Below are positions 9,429-17,369 of a DNA stretch of 41,794 bases, in pieces. The notes beneath the pieces were generated by a model. It was not told the origin of the DNA. It searched no databases and saw only the letters and a program-made list of their open reading frames with translations. Source of the stretch: an uncultured Ruminococcus sp. (GTDB taxonomy: Bacteria > Bacillota > Clostridia > Oscillospirales > Ruminococcaceae); assembly GCA_964414395.1 (NCBI GenBank), contig CAYPWI010000001.1, positions 1-41,794 on the forward strand, given 5' to 3'. The position numbers and the translations under genes were made by a program. Position 1 is the stretch's first letter. Each line of letters starts with the position of its first letter.

Positions 9429-10340
9429 ATGAAATGTATTTCCGTAGATGAACTCAATAAAGCGGCAGAAGCCCCCGAGATGATGATCTCCAAGGGCGAG
9501 CGGGACTATTCGGACAGCCTTCGCGGGGCGGCGGCGAAGATCTATGATTCCCGCGCGGATCGCCCTATCGTGCTGGTCTCGGGACCTTCGGGCTCGGGGA
9601 AGACTACCTCGGCGGCTCGTATAGCAAAGCTTCTTGAAGCCAAGGGCTGCAGGGCTCACACCATCAGCATGGACAATTATTTCCTGCCTATGCACATGAA
9701 CGAGAAGGCGCGCGGCAAGGACGGCAAGATCGACTTTGAGAGCCCTATGAGGCTGGATATCGATCTGTTTAAGGAGCATCTCGAAAAGCTGTTCCGCTGT
9801 GAGGAGATCGAGATCCCGCTGTTCGATTTCGCGAAGCAGGAGCGGCAAGAGGGCATGACGCTGAAACGCGGCAAGGACGACATAATCATTCTCGAGGGTA
9901 TTCACGCTTTGAACCCGCTGCTGACGGGCGGCTGTGATGATTTCACGGTCTGCGTCTATGTCAGCGTGAGAACGCGTATCGAGAGCGGCGGCGAGCTTCT
10001 CCACCCCTCGAAGATCCGTCTTATGCGGCGGCTCATGCGCGACAAGCTCTACCGCGGGCGCGCATTAAGCGATACGTTTGAGCTGTTCGAGTCCGTAGAG
10101 CGCGGCGAGAACAACTACATAATGCCCTATAAGCACCGCGCGGATTTCGATATCGATACCTTTATAGAATATGAAGCGCCCGTCTACCGCGATCTTCTGC
10201 TCCCCGAGCTGGAGAAAGCCTCGCACGAATACGCGAATTACGAGGCGTACGCCGATATCGAGAAGTTCCTGCGCAGGCTCACGCCCGTGGACAAGAAGTT
10301 CGTGCCCGAGCAGTCGCTGATACGGGAGTTTATCGGGTGA
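9429..10340 (+). CDS. Uridine/nucleoside kinase family P-loop protein
   Basis: SGPSGSGKTT Walker A, ISMDNYF, DFESP, LEGIHALNP, RLMRRLMRD; GAAGGGAG SD before ATG 9429. Confidence 0.9.
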   Translation: MKCISVDELNKAAEAPEMMISKGERDYSDSLRGAAAKIYDSRADRPIVLVSGPSGSGKTTSAARIAKLLEAKGCRAHTISMDNYFLPMHMNEKARGKDGKIDFESPMRLDIDLFKEHLEKLFRCEEIEIPLFDFAKQERQEGMTLKRGKDDIIILEGIHALNPLLTGGCDDFTVCVYVSVRTRIESGGELLHPSKIRLMRRLMRDKLYRGRALSDTFELFESVERGENNYIMPYKHRADFDIDTFIEYEAPVYRDLLLPELEKASHEYANYEAYADIEKFLRRLTPVDKKFVPEQSLIREFIG

Positions 10341-10375
10341 GCTTCGGTGTGCGGTTTTGTTTGAATAGCTTTTGT

Positions 10376-10399
10376 TCCCCTCGCTTCGGCGGGGGGAAT
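10376..10399 (+). terminator. Probable intrinsic terminator after kinase
   Basis: TTCCCC(T)CGC-TTCG-GCGGGGGGAA stem followed by TGTTTT. Confidence 0.55.
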
Positions 10400-10430
10400 G
10401 TTTTCCGATGTAAAGCAATGTTGGATTTTT

Positions 10431-10581
10431 TATACTAATTCTCAATTAAAAGTAAACAAAGCTTTTTGTCCGACAACAGCGAACGAGCCGCCAATATGTT
10501 TTTACCCTGCCAAGGGTTAATAACAAACTGACGGCTAGACAACGCCAAGCGGACAAAAAGAGGGCTGTTTTTTTACAGCCC
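10431..10581. repeat. Intergenic palindromic repeat element (MITE-like family, copy A) plus GGGCTGT/ACAGCCC hairpin
   Basis: TACTAATTCTCAATTAAAA shared with 27603; CTTTTTGTCCG (10462-10472) and CGGACAAAAAG (10550-10560) are inverted repeats enclosing nested stems. Confidence 0.7.
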
Positions 10582-10619
10582 CAATTTTATCAAAAGTCGG
10601 GACGGTTTTTAAAAAGATG

Positions 10620-10648
10620 TTGACATACGTAATATTACGTGCTATAAT
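10620..10648 (+). promoter_or_regulatory. hicAB promoter with perfect palindromic operator
   Basis: TTGACA-17-TATAAT; ACGTAATATTACGT perfect palindrome at 10627-10640. Confidence 0.9.
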
Positions 10649-10667
10649 ATGATCAAGGGGTGATGTT

Positions 10668-10853
10668 ATGACTTATGGGGAGTTAAAGCGGCTGTTAAAG
10701 AAAATCGGCTGCAGTTTTTTGAGTGAGGGCGGGAATCACGAAATATGGTTCAGCCCGATTACAAAGAAAAAATTTCCTGTGGGTCGTCATAATACCCAAG
10801 AGATCCCGACCGGAACGCTCGGATCGATAAAGAAAAAATCCGGTCTGAAATGA
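10668..10853 (+). CDS. hicA: HicA-family mRNA interferase toxin
   Basis: 61 aa, basic; GGNHEIW, FPVGRH, EIPTGTLGSIKK signatures. Confidence 0.93.
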   Translation: MTYGELKRLLKKIGCSFLSEGGNHEIWFSPITKKKFPVGRHNTQEIPTGTLGSIKKKSGLK

Positions 10854-10896
10854 TCGTGATCGTACACATATAATAAGAGAATAGGAGGAAGATATT

Positions 10897-11298
10897 ATGA
10901 AATATGCTTATCCCGCGGTTTTGAAATATGATCCCGACGAGGATTGTTACTATGTGAATTTTCCGGACATTGAGGATTGTTTCACGGACGGAAAGACACT
11001 GCCGGAAGCGATAGAAATGGGAGAGGACGCGCTTTCACTTATGCTGTGCCAAATGGAAGATGACGGAGATGTTATTCCCCCCGCAAGCGATATCAAGACT
11101 ATTTCGGCTGCCGCGGATGAAACCGTATCTCTTATATTTGCCGATACAATGGAATACCGCCGTATATATGATAATAAGGCGGTAAAGAAGACGCTTTCGG
11201 TTCCAAGCTGGCTCAATGTTATGGCAGAGCGCAAGGGCGCTAATTTCTCGGCGATCCTGCAAAGCGGGCTGAAACAGTTCTGCGGGATAGATGAATGA
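10897..11298 (+). CDS. hicB: HicB-family antitoxin
   Basis: YPAV...YVNFPDIEDCFTDGKTLPEA N-domain; C-terminal AVKKTLSVPSWLN ribbon-helix-helix; AGGAGG SD. Confidence 0.95.
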   Translation: MKYAYPAVLKYDPDEDCYYVNFPDIEDCFTDGKTLPEAIEMGEDALSLMLCQMEDDGDVIPPASDIKTISAAADETVSLIFADTMEYRRIYDNKAVKKTLSVPSWLNVMAERKGANFSAILQSGLKQFCGIDE

Positions 11299-11306
11299 TT
11301 TCTCAC

Positions 11307-11340
11307 CCCCTTGGTTCCTCAAGGGGGCTTCTCTGTTTGT
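11307..11340 (+). terminator. Intrinsic terminator after hicB
   Basis: CCCCTTG-GTTCCT-CAAGGGG stem then T-rich tail. Confidence 0.7.
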
Positions 11341-11401
11341 TGACCTTAAGACTGCGCCGGACAGGTCTTTTCCGAAAAAGTATATTTCTTTTTGTTCTCG
11401 C

Positions 11402-11430
11402 TTGACAAGGATAATAATTTGTGGTATAAT
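11402..11430 (+). promoter_or_regulatory. Consensus sigma-A promoter (extended -10) of Hsp70-like operon
   Basis: TTGACA-17-TATAAT with TG at the extended position. Confidence 0.85.
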
Positions 11431-11474
11431 ATCATTATGGGTCATTGTAACTTAAATTAGCGAGGTATAATATA

Positions 11475-12026
11475 ATGGACGAAAAACTTACACTGAATAA
11501 CGGCGCGGCTTTTATGGAGAAGTGCCTCGACGCGGCGCTGAACGAGCAGCGCTCCGTGGCGCACAACGCTATTGATATGGACGATTGGGCAAAGGCTCAG
11601 GAGATACTCGGCGTGGCTAAGCGCAATATTTCCCTTGTGGAGGATTTGCGCGCGAAGTTCGCCGAATACAAAAAGGCTGTTGATTCCGCTGTGGAGACTA
11701 TAGGCGGCGGAGCTGCCCCCGAAAGCGCACCCGCGGCTGATAATACTCCCGCCGCGGTCCCCGAAAAGGCGGACGAAGAGCCGGCTGCGGGCGATGAGTT
11801 TTTAGCGCAGCTCGAGGAGCTTATTATCGAGTACTCATTCGCTATGGCGGTCTGCAACGAGGCGGCGGGGATAGGCGACAGCTTCACCTATAATGATGAA
11901 GAGACCACGTCGATGAAGACTCCCGCCAAGCTTAGCAACGGGCTTTGGGTGGATACCTCGATCCCCAAGAGCAAGGGCGAGGAGCTTGTGAGGGCTGTGC
12001 GCGAATATTGTGTGAATAAGGGCTGA
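11475..12026 (+). CDS. Hypothetical protein (helical N-domain, Ala/Pro linker, small C-domain)
   Basis: 183-aa ORF, GAGG SD, first gene after promoter. Confidence 0.8.
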   Translation: MDEKLTLNNGAAFMEKCLDAALNEQRSVAHNAIDMDDWAKAQEILGVAKRNISLVEDLRAKFAEYKKAVDSAVETIGGGAAPESAPAADNTPAAVPEKADEEPAAGDEFLAQLEELIIEYSFAMAVCNEAAGIGDSFTYNDEETTSMKTPAKLSNGLWVDTSIPKSKGEELVRAVREYCVNKG

Positions 12027-12071
12027 TATTTCTCTGTAACGGCGATTATCTGAAAAGCAAGGTGGCGTTTT

Positions 12072-13508
12072 ATGGAAAGCTATATTGGAATTGACTTCGG
12101 GACCGCGTTTACATCTATCGTCAATTTGGCGCGTGACGGCGATAAAGAAAAGATCTCCGTGCTCGGCGAGGACGGGGAGACCCCGTTTGCGGCGCTGCTG
12201 GCTATCACCGCCGACAACAAGGTCTTTTTCGGAAACAGGGTCAAAAAAGGCAATATGGCGCTTTCCGAGACCGCGCAGCTGGTGTCCTCGCTGGCGGCGC
12301 TTATCGGAACGGATAAGGCTATCGTCATCAACGGCAAGGAATGTCCGCCGCGTAAGATGGCGGAGGAGTACTTCCGCTGCATAAAGCGCGTGGTGATGAA
12401 GAAGTACAGCACCAACATCACCGAGGCGGTCATCACGTTCCCGGGGAACTTTTCGCGCGAGGCAAGGCTTGACATACTCGCGGCGGCGAGGAAGGCAGAT
12501 ATCGCGGTCAAGGGCTTTATTCCCGAACACTACGCGGCGTATCTTTCCATGAAAAAACAGCTTGAGGGCAAGTCCACGGTGATGATCGCGGATTGGGGCG
12601 GTCATTCGCTCGATATATACATTCTTTTGACTGACGGAAGTAAGGTCAAGGCGCGTTCGGCGTTCTCGGAAAAGGTCGGCGGACACGATATAGATCTCTG
12701 TGTAGCGGAGCGTATCCACTCCATGCTGGGCGAGCTTTTGGAGAACAAACAGGCGGCGGTGCCGTTTGAGAAGATGCCCGCGGCGGAGCGCGACAAGCTT
12801 ATGCTGATCGCCGAGACCGTGAAGATAAAGCTTTCCGCGGAGGGCGGGGAAGTTTCCGTGACCGTTCCCGAATACGGCGCTTACGGAACACGCTCCGTCA
12901 CCGTCACCGAAGAGATCTTCGCGGAGATAGTAAAGCCCATAGTCAGAGAACACGTTATGACGGCGATAAATTCGGCGATGTCGAGGAACAGGATGAAGGC
13001 GTCCGATATCGGCGCGGTGCTGGCGGTCGGCGGTTCGAGCGGACTGAGAGCGTTCGCGGGCGTGCTTAAGAGCATCTTCGGCGAGGAAAAGGTCGTGTTC
13101 CCCGAAAAGCCGCAGATCTGCTCCGCGAGGGGGGCGGCGCTCTCTGTGACTGAGGGCGGGAAGTTCAAGCTCGGTGATGATATCGGCGTTCTCATGTCCG
13201 ATGATAATGTGTTCCCGCTTTTGAAGAAGGATCTCGACGCGGAGGGCTTGAAGAGCGCGGTGTATTCGTTCGCGGCGGTGGACGATTCGGGCGCGGCTCA
13301 GGTCGTTATCGCGAACGGGCGCAAAAAGGCGCTTGAGGGAGTTTCCGTGCCTGTGGGCGGATTTCTTGACGAGCGTCTGGAGATAAGCGCCGAGACCGAC
13401 GAAACGCTCACCGTGAATGTGAAGGTCCACAACAGCGCCGACGCGGACGGCTCGAAGGACGCGGCGCTCCATATAGGCGGCGCATTGTACTATGAGCTTA
13501 AGTCATGA
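12072..13508 (+). CDS. Atypical Hsp70-family protein (actin-fold ATPase domain with short C-terminal beta domain)
   Basis: IGIDFGT, EAVITFPGNF, IPEHYAA, DWGGHSLD, VGGHDID, AETVKIKLS, VGGSSGL, SARGAAL; 478 aa, no DnaK lid. Confidence 0.92.
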   Translation: MESYIGIDFGTAFTSIVNLARDGDKEKISVLGEDGETPFAALLAITADNKVFFGNRVKKGNMALSETAQLVSSLAALIGTDKAIVINGKECPPRKMAEEYFRCIKRVVMKKYSTNITEAVITFPGNFSREARLDILAAARKADIAVKGFIPEHYAAYLSMKKQLEGKSTVMIADWGGHSLDIYILLTDGSKVKARSAFSEKVGGHDIDLCVAERIHSMLGELLENKQAAVPFEKMPAAERDKLMLIAETVKIKLSAEGGEVSVTVPEYGAYGTRSVTVTEEIFAEIVKPIVREHVMTAINSAMSRNRMKASDIGAVLAVGGSSGLRAFAGVLKSIFGEEKVVFPEKPQICSARGAALSVTEGGKFKLGDDIGVLMSDDNVFPLLKKDLDAEGLKSAVYSFAAVDDSGAAQVVIANGRKKALEGVSVPVGGFLDERLEISAETDETLTVNVKVHNSADADGSKDAALHIGGALYYELKS

Positions 13509-13518
13509 GGTGACGGAA

Positions 13519-15027
13519 ATGCCAAATGTCAAGCCCAATATCAAGTCTAATATAAGGATAAAAAGCAATCTCTTTATCCGCAGTCCCGAGAGCCTTGAGG
13601 GCGGCGATCACCCCGAAAAGGACATCGCGTATCTTACTCGCATATTCTCGAAGACGGCGCTTGAGGAACTGAAAAAACGCGCTCCCGACGCGGAGCTTTC
13701 GGAAGTTCAGAAGCGTATTCTTAACGGTGAAACGCATATACGCTTGGCGGATATAGCGGCAGCTCCCGAGGCGGAGAATGTTCCCGAAAAGTCCGAGGGG
13801 GTTCCCGAGGCGGAGAATGTTCCCGAAAAGTCCGAGAGTGTTCCCGAGACGGTGAATATTCCCGAGAATTCCGAGGGTGTTCCCGAAGCGGCGAGTGTTC
13901 CCGAGATCCCCGAGATCCCGGCGGTGTCTGCGGAGCTTCCCGCGAAGGAAGAAAACACCGTGTCGGAGAATGTTCCGGAAGAAGCGGATATGCCCGCGGT
14001 CTCGGCAAAGCATGAGGAAGCGGCTCCCGATAATTCGGCGCGGCATGATGAAGGGCTGCGCAAGATCACGCTCGATGAGCTTTTAGGGCAGGAGCTCGGC
14101 GGCGAAAGAACGGCGATCGTTTGCGGCGATCTCGCGGAATATGTTGGAACGCGGCTTCACGCGGCGAATATCCCGCATATTCTCGGAGCGAGCTCCGCGG
14201 ATCCCGTGAATTCCTCTTGTGCGCGCTATCTTGCGGATATCCTCTGGGACTGCCGCGAGCGCGTTATAACGAAGGACAACTTCACCAAGCGCTTCACGGC
14301 GAGGTGCAGCGCTCACGCGCATCGGCTCGACGAATGTTATGAGGCGCTGTGCGGGCTGGCGGGTTCCGATGACAAGCTGGATATCGGAGCGCTTGCGGGG
14401 CGTATAATGAAGAGCGGGCTTCCGGATGAGATCTTTGATGTACATAACGGCAATGTCAAGGTTTTCGGCACGGGAAACGCCGATCTGTCGGGCTTCGATA
14501 AGGTGTTCGTCACCGAGAACGCGCTGGACGGCGTTTCGGCGAGAACACTTCTTGAGAAGCGTCCCGTTATCGTTGATATGAACGGAGCGCCCGAGATCGT
14601 CAGAAACGGCTCGCGTTTGCTGATGATCGAGAACGGCGCGGCGAAGATACACGTCGGTTCGGGTGATATCGATCCCATTTCGTTTATCGGCGGGAATGTC
14701 GGCGAGGCGATACGCAGACAGGCGTATATCTCGCGGAGCGTCAAAAGCGGAGACGCGGTAAAGCTGGAGCTGAACGGCGGCGTTTATGATGTTGTCCACG
14801 GGGATATGGTGATAGGTAAGCTCACGGCTGAGTTTTCCGAGAGCCTTGCGGGCGAGTTCGGGGGCAAGCGGTATTTCGACGCTTTGCCGAAGAGCTTAGG
14901 CGGCGTGATCGTGACCGATGTCGTATCTATCGTAGCCGAAAGGGCGGGGGATAAGGTACACGCGCAGTTCCGCGACCGCAGCTTCTGGTTCGGCGCGGAG
15001 CTTTGCGGGTTCGCGTCCGAGACGTGA
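13519..15027 (+). CDS. Hypothetical protein with PE-rich repeats and possible degenerate UvrD-type C-terminal region
   Basis: GAGGTGA SD before ATG 13519 (alternative start 13492); RTAIVC...RLHAANIPH resembles SF1 helicase segment; no Walker A seen. Confidence 0.75.
   Translation: MPNVKPNIKSNIRIKSNLFIRSPESLEGGDHPEKDIAYLTRIFSKTALEELKKRAPDAELSEVQKRILNGETHIRLADIAAAPEAENVPEKSEGVPEAENVPEKSESVPETVNIPENSEGVPEAASVPEIPEIPAVSAELPAKEENTVSENVPEEADMPAVSAKHEEAAPDNSARHDEGLRKITLDELLGQELGGERTAIVCGDLAEYVGTRLHAANIPHILGASSADPVNSSCARYLADILWDCRERVITKDNFTKRFTARCSAHAHRLDECYEALCGLAGSDDKLDIGALAGRIMKSGLPDEIFDVHNGNVKVFGTGNADLSGFDKVFVTENALDGVSARTLLEKRPVIVDMNGAPEIVRNGSRLLMIENGAAKIHVGSGDIDPISFIGGNVGEAIRRQAYISRSVKSGDAVKLELNGGVYDVVHGDMVIGKLTAEFSESLAGEFGGKRYFDALPKSLGGVIVTDVVSIVAERAGDKVHAQFRDRSFWFGAELCGFASET
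13765..13910 (+). repeat. 39-bp coding tandem repeat (PEAENVPEKSEGV), about 3.5 copies
   Basis: CCCGAGGCGGAGAATGTTCCCGAAAAGTCCGAG at 13765 and 13804, degenerate at 13843 and 13882. Confidence 0.9.
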
Positions 15028-15038
15028 TCCGATCTTGG

Positions 15039-15102
15039 ATACAATTTTAATTTGTCTGCGACAGCGGATAAAAAGTTTCACCGACAATTAAGAATCAGTA
15101 TA
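15039..15102. repeat. Short degenerate copy of the MITE-like family (copy B, inverted)
   Basis: AATTAAGAATCAGTATA is reverse complement of TATACTGATTCTTAATT, close to 10431 TATACTAATTCTCAATT; GCGGATAAAA matches reverse complement of TTTTATCCGC near 27703. Confidence 0.5.
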
Positions 15103-15107
15103 AGAAC

Positions 15108-15154
15108 AAAAAAATGCCGCGCCCCAATTGTTTGCGTTGGGTCGCGGCATTTTA
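15108..15154. terminator. Bidirectional intrinsic terminator
   Basis: AAAAATGCCGCG...CGCGGCATTTTT between convergent genes. Confidence 0.8.
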
Positions 15155-15170
15155 TAATTGAAAATCAGGA

Positions 15171-16154
15171 TCAGTTCTGATACCTGATCTGCTCCGCCGC
15201 CAACGGCTCATAGGTGACAACGCGGCAGCCGTCAAGATCCTCGCGCTGCATATCCACGGCGGTTATCTGGCGATCGCCGTAGGTGGTGTAGTAGTAGATA
15301 CCTCTTTCACAGTCACAGCAGCAGGTGTAGCGCGTCATGTGATAATTCCCGTTTTCGAGAACACACGCGCCGCGCGGACAATCCACCGCGCCGATGGCGT
15401 GGAAGAACTGCGAGACCGCTTCCGTCTCCGTATCGCCGCACGCCGAGTTCAACTTGGTGAACGCCGCGCGGACAAATCTCGATTCGGACGACCAGTCCCC
15501 GGGAAGCCCTATCGCGCCGAGACCCCGCGAGTAGGGCTTGAATTCCAATGAGGAACAAAATCCATTGTGCGGCGGACGTGCGGTGAGGTTCATATAACGC
15601 TGCAGCTCGATCATCTGCTGGGGAAAGTCGGGCGCGTTGGAGAGTATTCCGACGGGGTTGTCATAGATGTTCAAACCGCTTTTGGTACTTTCCACGGTCA
15701 GACAGCCCGACTTGTCGGCAATGATCCAATGCAGCTGCGCGGCGGGGAATTTCTCGCTGAACGGGCGGTCTTCGAGGCGTATCTCTTCAAGCAGACAACG
15801 CGCCGCGGAAATATCCTCACACCGTCCGAGCAGGAACTGAATGAATTCATGCGGCGCTATGGAATATCTTCCGTGCGTCTTGGTTCCGTACTCGGCGAAC
15901 CCGACAAAGTTCAGCCCCGCCATGGCAAGTCCCTTTTCGTTCACAGCCTCGTAATAAAGCGGATATCCGTTTTCCATATGCGCCATGCCGATCATGGCAA
16001 AGTGGCGCGGGTTCGCGGTTTGGCAGCAGGTCTTCTTGAAATTAAATACATACCCGCGGGGGGTTATCGCTATCCTGTCTCCATAGGAGAAGTCAAAATC
16101 CAGAGTTCTCCCGAAATAAAGTCCGTTCTTCTCATAGGTCATTGCGGTACACAT
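15171..16154 (-). CDS. bsh: Choloylglycine hydrolase (bile salt hydrolase / penicillin V acylase family)
   Basis: Start MCTA with Cys2 nucleophile, YFGRTLD, NEKGL, GDWSSESRFVRA; AAGGAG SD; no signal peptide. Confidence 0.92.
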   Translation of the reverse strand: MCTAMTYEKNGLYFGRTLDFDFSYGDRIAITPRGYVFNFKKTCCQTANPRHFAMIGMAHMENGYPLYYEAVNEKGLAMAGLNFVGFAEYGTKTHGRYSIAPHEFIQFLLGRCEDISAARCLLEEIRLEDRPFSEKFPAAQLHWIIADKSGCLTVESTKSGLNIYDNPVGILSNAPDFPQQMIELQRYMNLTARPPHNGFCSSLEFKPYSRGLGAIGLPGDWSSESRFVRAAFTKLNSACGDTETEAVSQFFHAIGAVDCPRGACVLENGNYHMTRYTCCCDCERGIYYYTTYGDRQITAVDMQREDLDGCRVVTYEPLAAEQIRYQN

Positions 16155-16281
16155 GGCGTTATCTCCTTTTTTATCACATAATTCGCCGTTATTGTGGCGT
16201 ATGGCTTCGCGTTTATACGGGCGTGAGATGATACGCCCAAAAAACGCGGCTGTTTTTTGTATATTTCGTGAATTTTTCCTC

Positions 16282-16310
16282 TTGATATAACTCCGCAAAG
16301 TGTGTACAAT
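16282..16310 (+). promoter_or_regulatory. Sigma-A promoter of LRR lipoprotein
   Basis: TTGATA-17-TACAAT. Confidence 0.65.
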
Positions 16311-16343
16311 AAAGTTGAACGACATCGGAAAGGAGTTATTATC

Positions 16344-17282
16344 ATGAAAAAGAAAATATTGGCGGTCGTCTGCGCTCTTGCGGCTTTGTCGCTCTCGGGC
16401 TGCGGCGAGGGTGATAAAAACAGCTCGGGCGTGAGCCTGACAAACAGCGATCAAAGTACGCAAATCGGTTCTTCGAGTGAGGAGAACAGTTCATCAAGCG
16501 CGCAAAGCAGTTCCTTGAGTGAGCAAAGCAGTTCTTCGAGCGATCAAAACAGCTCCTCGAGCGAGCAAAGCGGTTCTTCAAGTGAGCAGAGCAGTTCCGC
16601 GGTCATATCTACAACGGCTCCCACGAGCACGCCCTCAGAGAGCGGCGAGGGATCAATGTTCGAGGTGCAGCTCAAGGACGGCGGCGCTGTTATAACCAAA
16701 TACAAGGGCGGCGGGGGAGCGGTCGTCGTTCCGTCCGAGCTGAGCGGTCGGCGCGTGACCGAGATCGAGCGCGGCGCGTTCTCCAAGCGCGCGGATATCA
16801 CGAGCATAGTTCTCCCCGATACGGTAACGGAGATCGAGGAATACGCGTTCCAAGAGTGTATCGCGCTGAAAACCGCCGATCTTGGCGGTGTTACCGGGAT
16901 AGACGAGGGCGCGTTCTACGGCTGCGCGTCGCTTGTTTCCGTTGAGATGCGCTTTGTCGATGAGATAAGCGAGTTTGCCTTCTTCGGCTGCGGCGGTCTC
17001 GAGAACGTGTCTATTCCATTTGTCACCAATATAGGCGACAGCGCGTTTGACGGCTGCTCTTCCCTGAGATCGGTAACCTTCGGCGAACGGCTCGAGGAGA
17101 TAGATGACTACGCGTTCTCGGGCTGCACGAAGCTTATTGCGGTAACGCTCCCGACTCGGCTCGAAGAGCTTGGAAGAAACGTTTTCGACGGCTGCCGAAG
17201 CATCAAAGTCTCTTATAAAAACGATATATACGACTATGATATGTTAGATGATCTGCGTCAAATAATAAACAATAGTCGATAA
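16344..17282 (+). CDS. Lipoprotein with Ser-rich linker and BspA-type leucine-rich repeats
   Basis: MKKK...LSGC lipobox; IVLPDTVTEIEEYAFQEC-type LRR_5 repeats; AAGGAG SD. Confidence 0.92.
   Translation: MKKKILAVVCALAALSLSGCGEGDKNSSGVSLTNSDQSTQIGSSSEENSSSSAQSSSLSEQSSSSSDQNSSSSEQSGSSSEQSSSAVISTTAPTSTPSESGEGSMFEVQLKDGGAVITKYKGGGGAVVVPSELSGRRVTEIERGAFSKRADITSIVLPDTVTEIEEYAFQECIALKTADLGGVTGIDEGAFYGCASLVSVEMRFVDEISEFAFFGCGGLENVSIPFVTNIGDSAFDGCSSLRSVTFGERLEEIDDYAFSGCTKLIAVTLPTRLEELGRNVFDGCRSIKVSYKNDIYDYDMLDDLRQIINNSR
16455..16601 (+). repeat. 21-bp coding tandem repeat (SEQSSSS-like), 7 degenerate copies
   Basis: AGYGAGCARAGCAGTTCYTCR-like periodicity. Confidence 0.8.
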
Positions 17283-17315
17283 ATCGACAAAAACGATCAA
17301 AAAAGCTGTAAAATT

Positions 17316-17356
17316 CGCCCGCTTGCTTAATGGATATGGCAAGCGGGCGGTTTTTA
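17316..17356. terminator. Terminator between convergent genes
   Basis: CGCCCGCTTGC...GCAAGCGGGCG then TTTTT. Confidence 0.75.
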
Positions 17357-17369
17357 TTCGCGTATCGTT

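Noticed and set aside
11835-13472. 545-aa minus-strand ORF (likewise 22218-23735, 5951-6955, 24911-26083)
   Set aside because: Antisense shadows of Hsp70, EAL, purA and PBP genes
12072-13508. Calling this dnaK or mreB
   Set aside because: Too short and divergent for DnaK, no chaperone operon context; has a C-terminal extension and Hsp70 motifs unlike MreB
15171-16463. Long upstream starts given in the ORF track (bsh 16463, dtd 30431, ymdB 7186, EAL 21894)
   Set aside because: They overlap neighbouring genes or promoters; SD positions and family N-termini support the shorter starts
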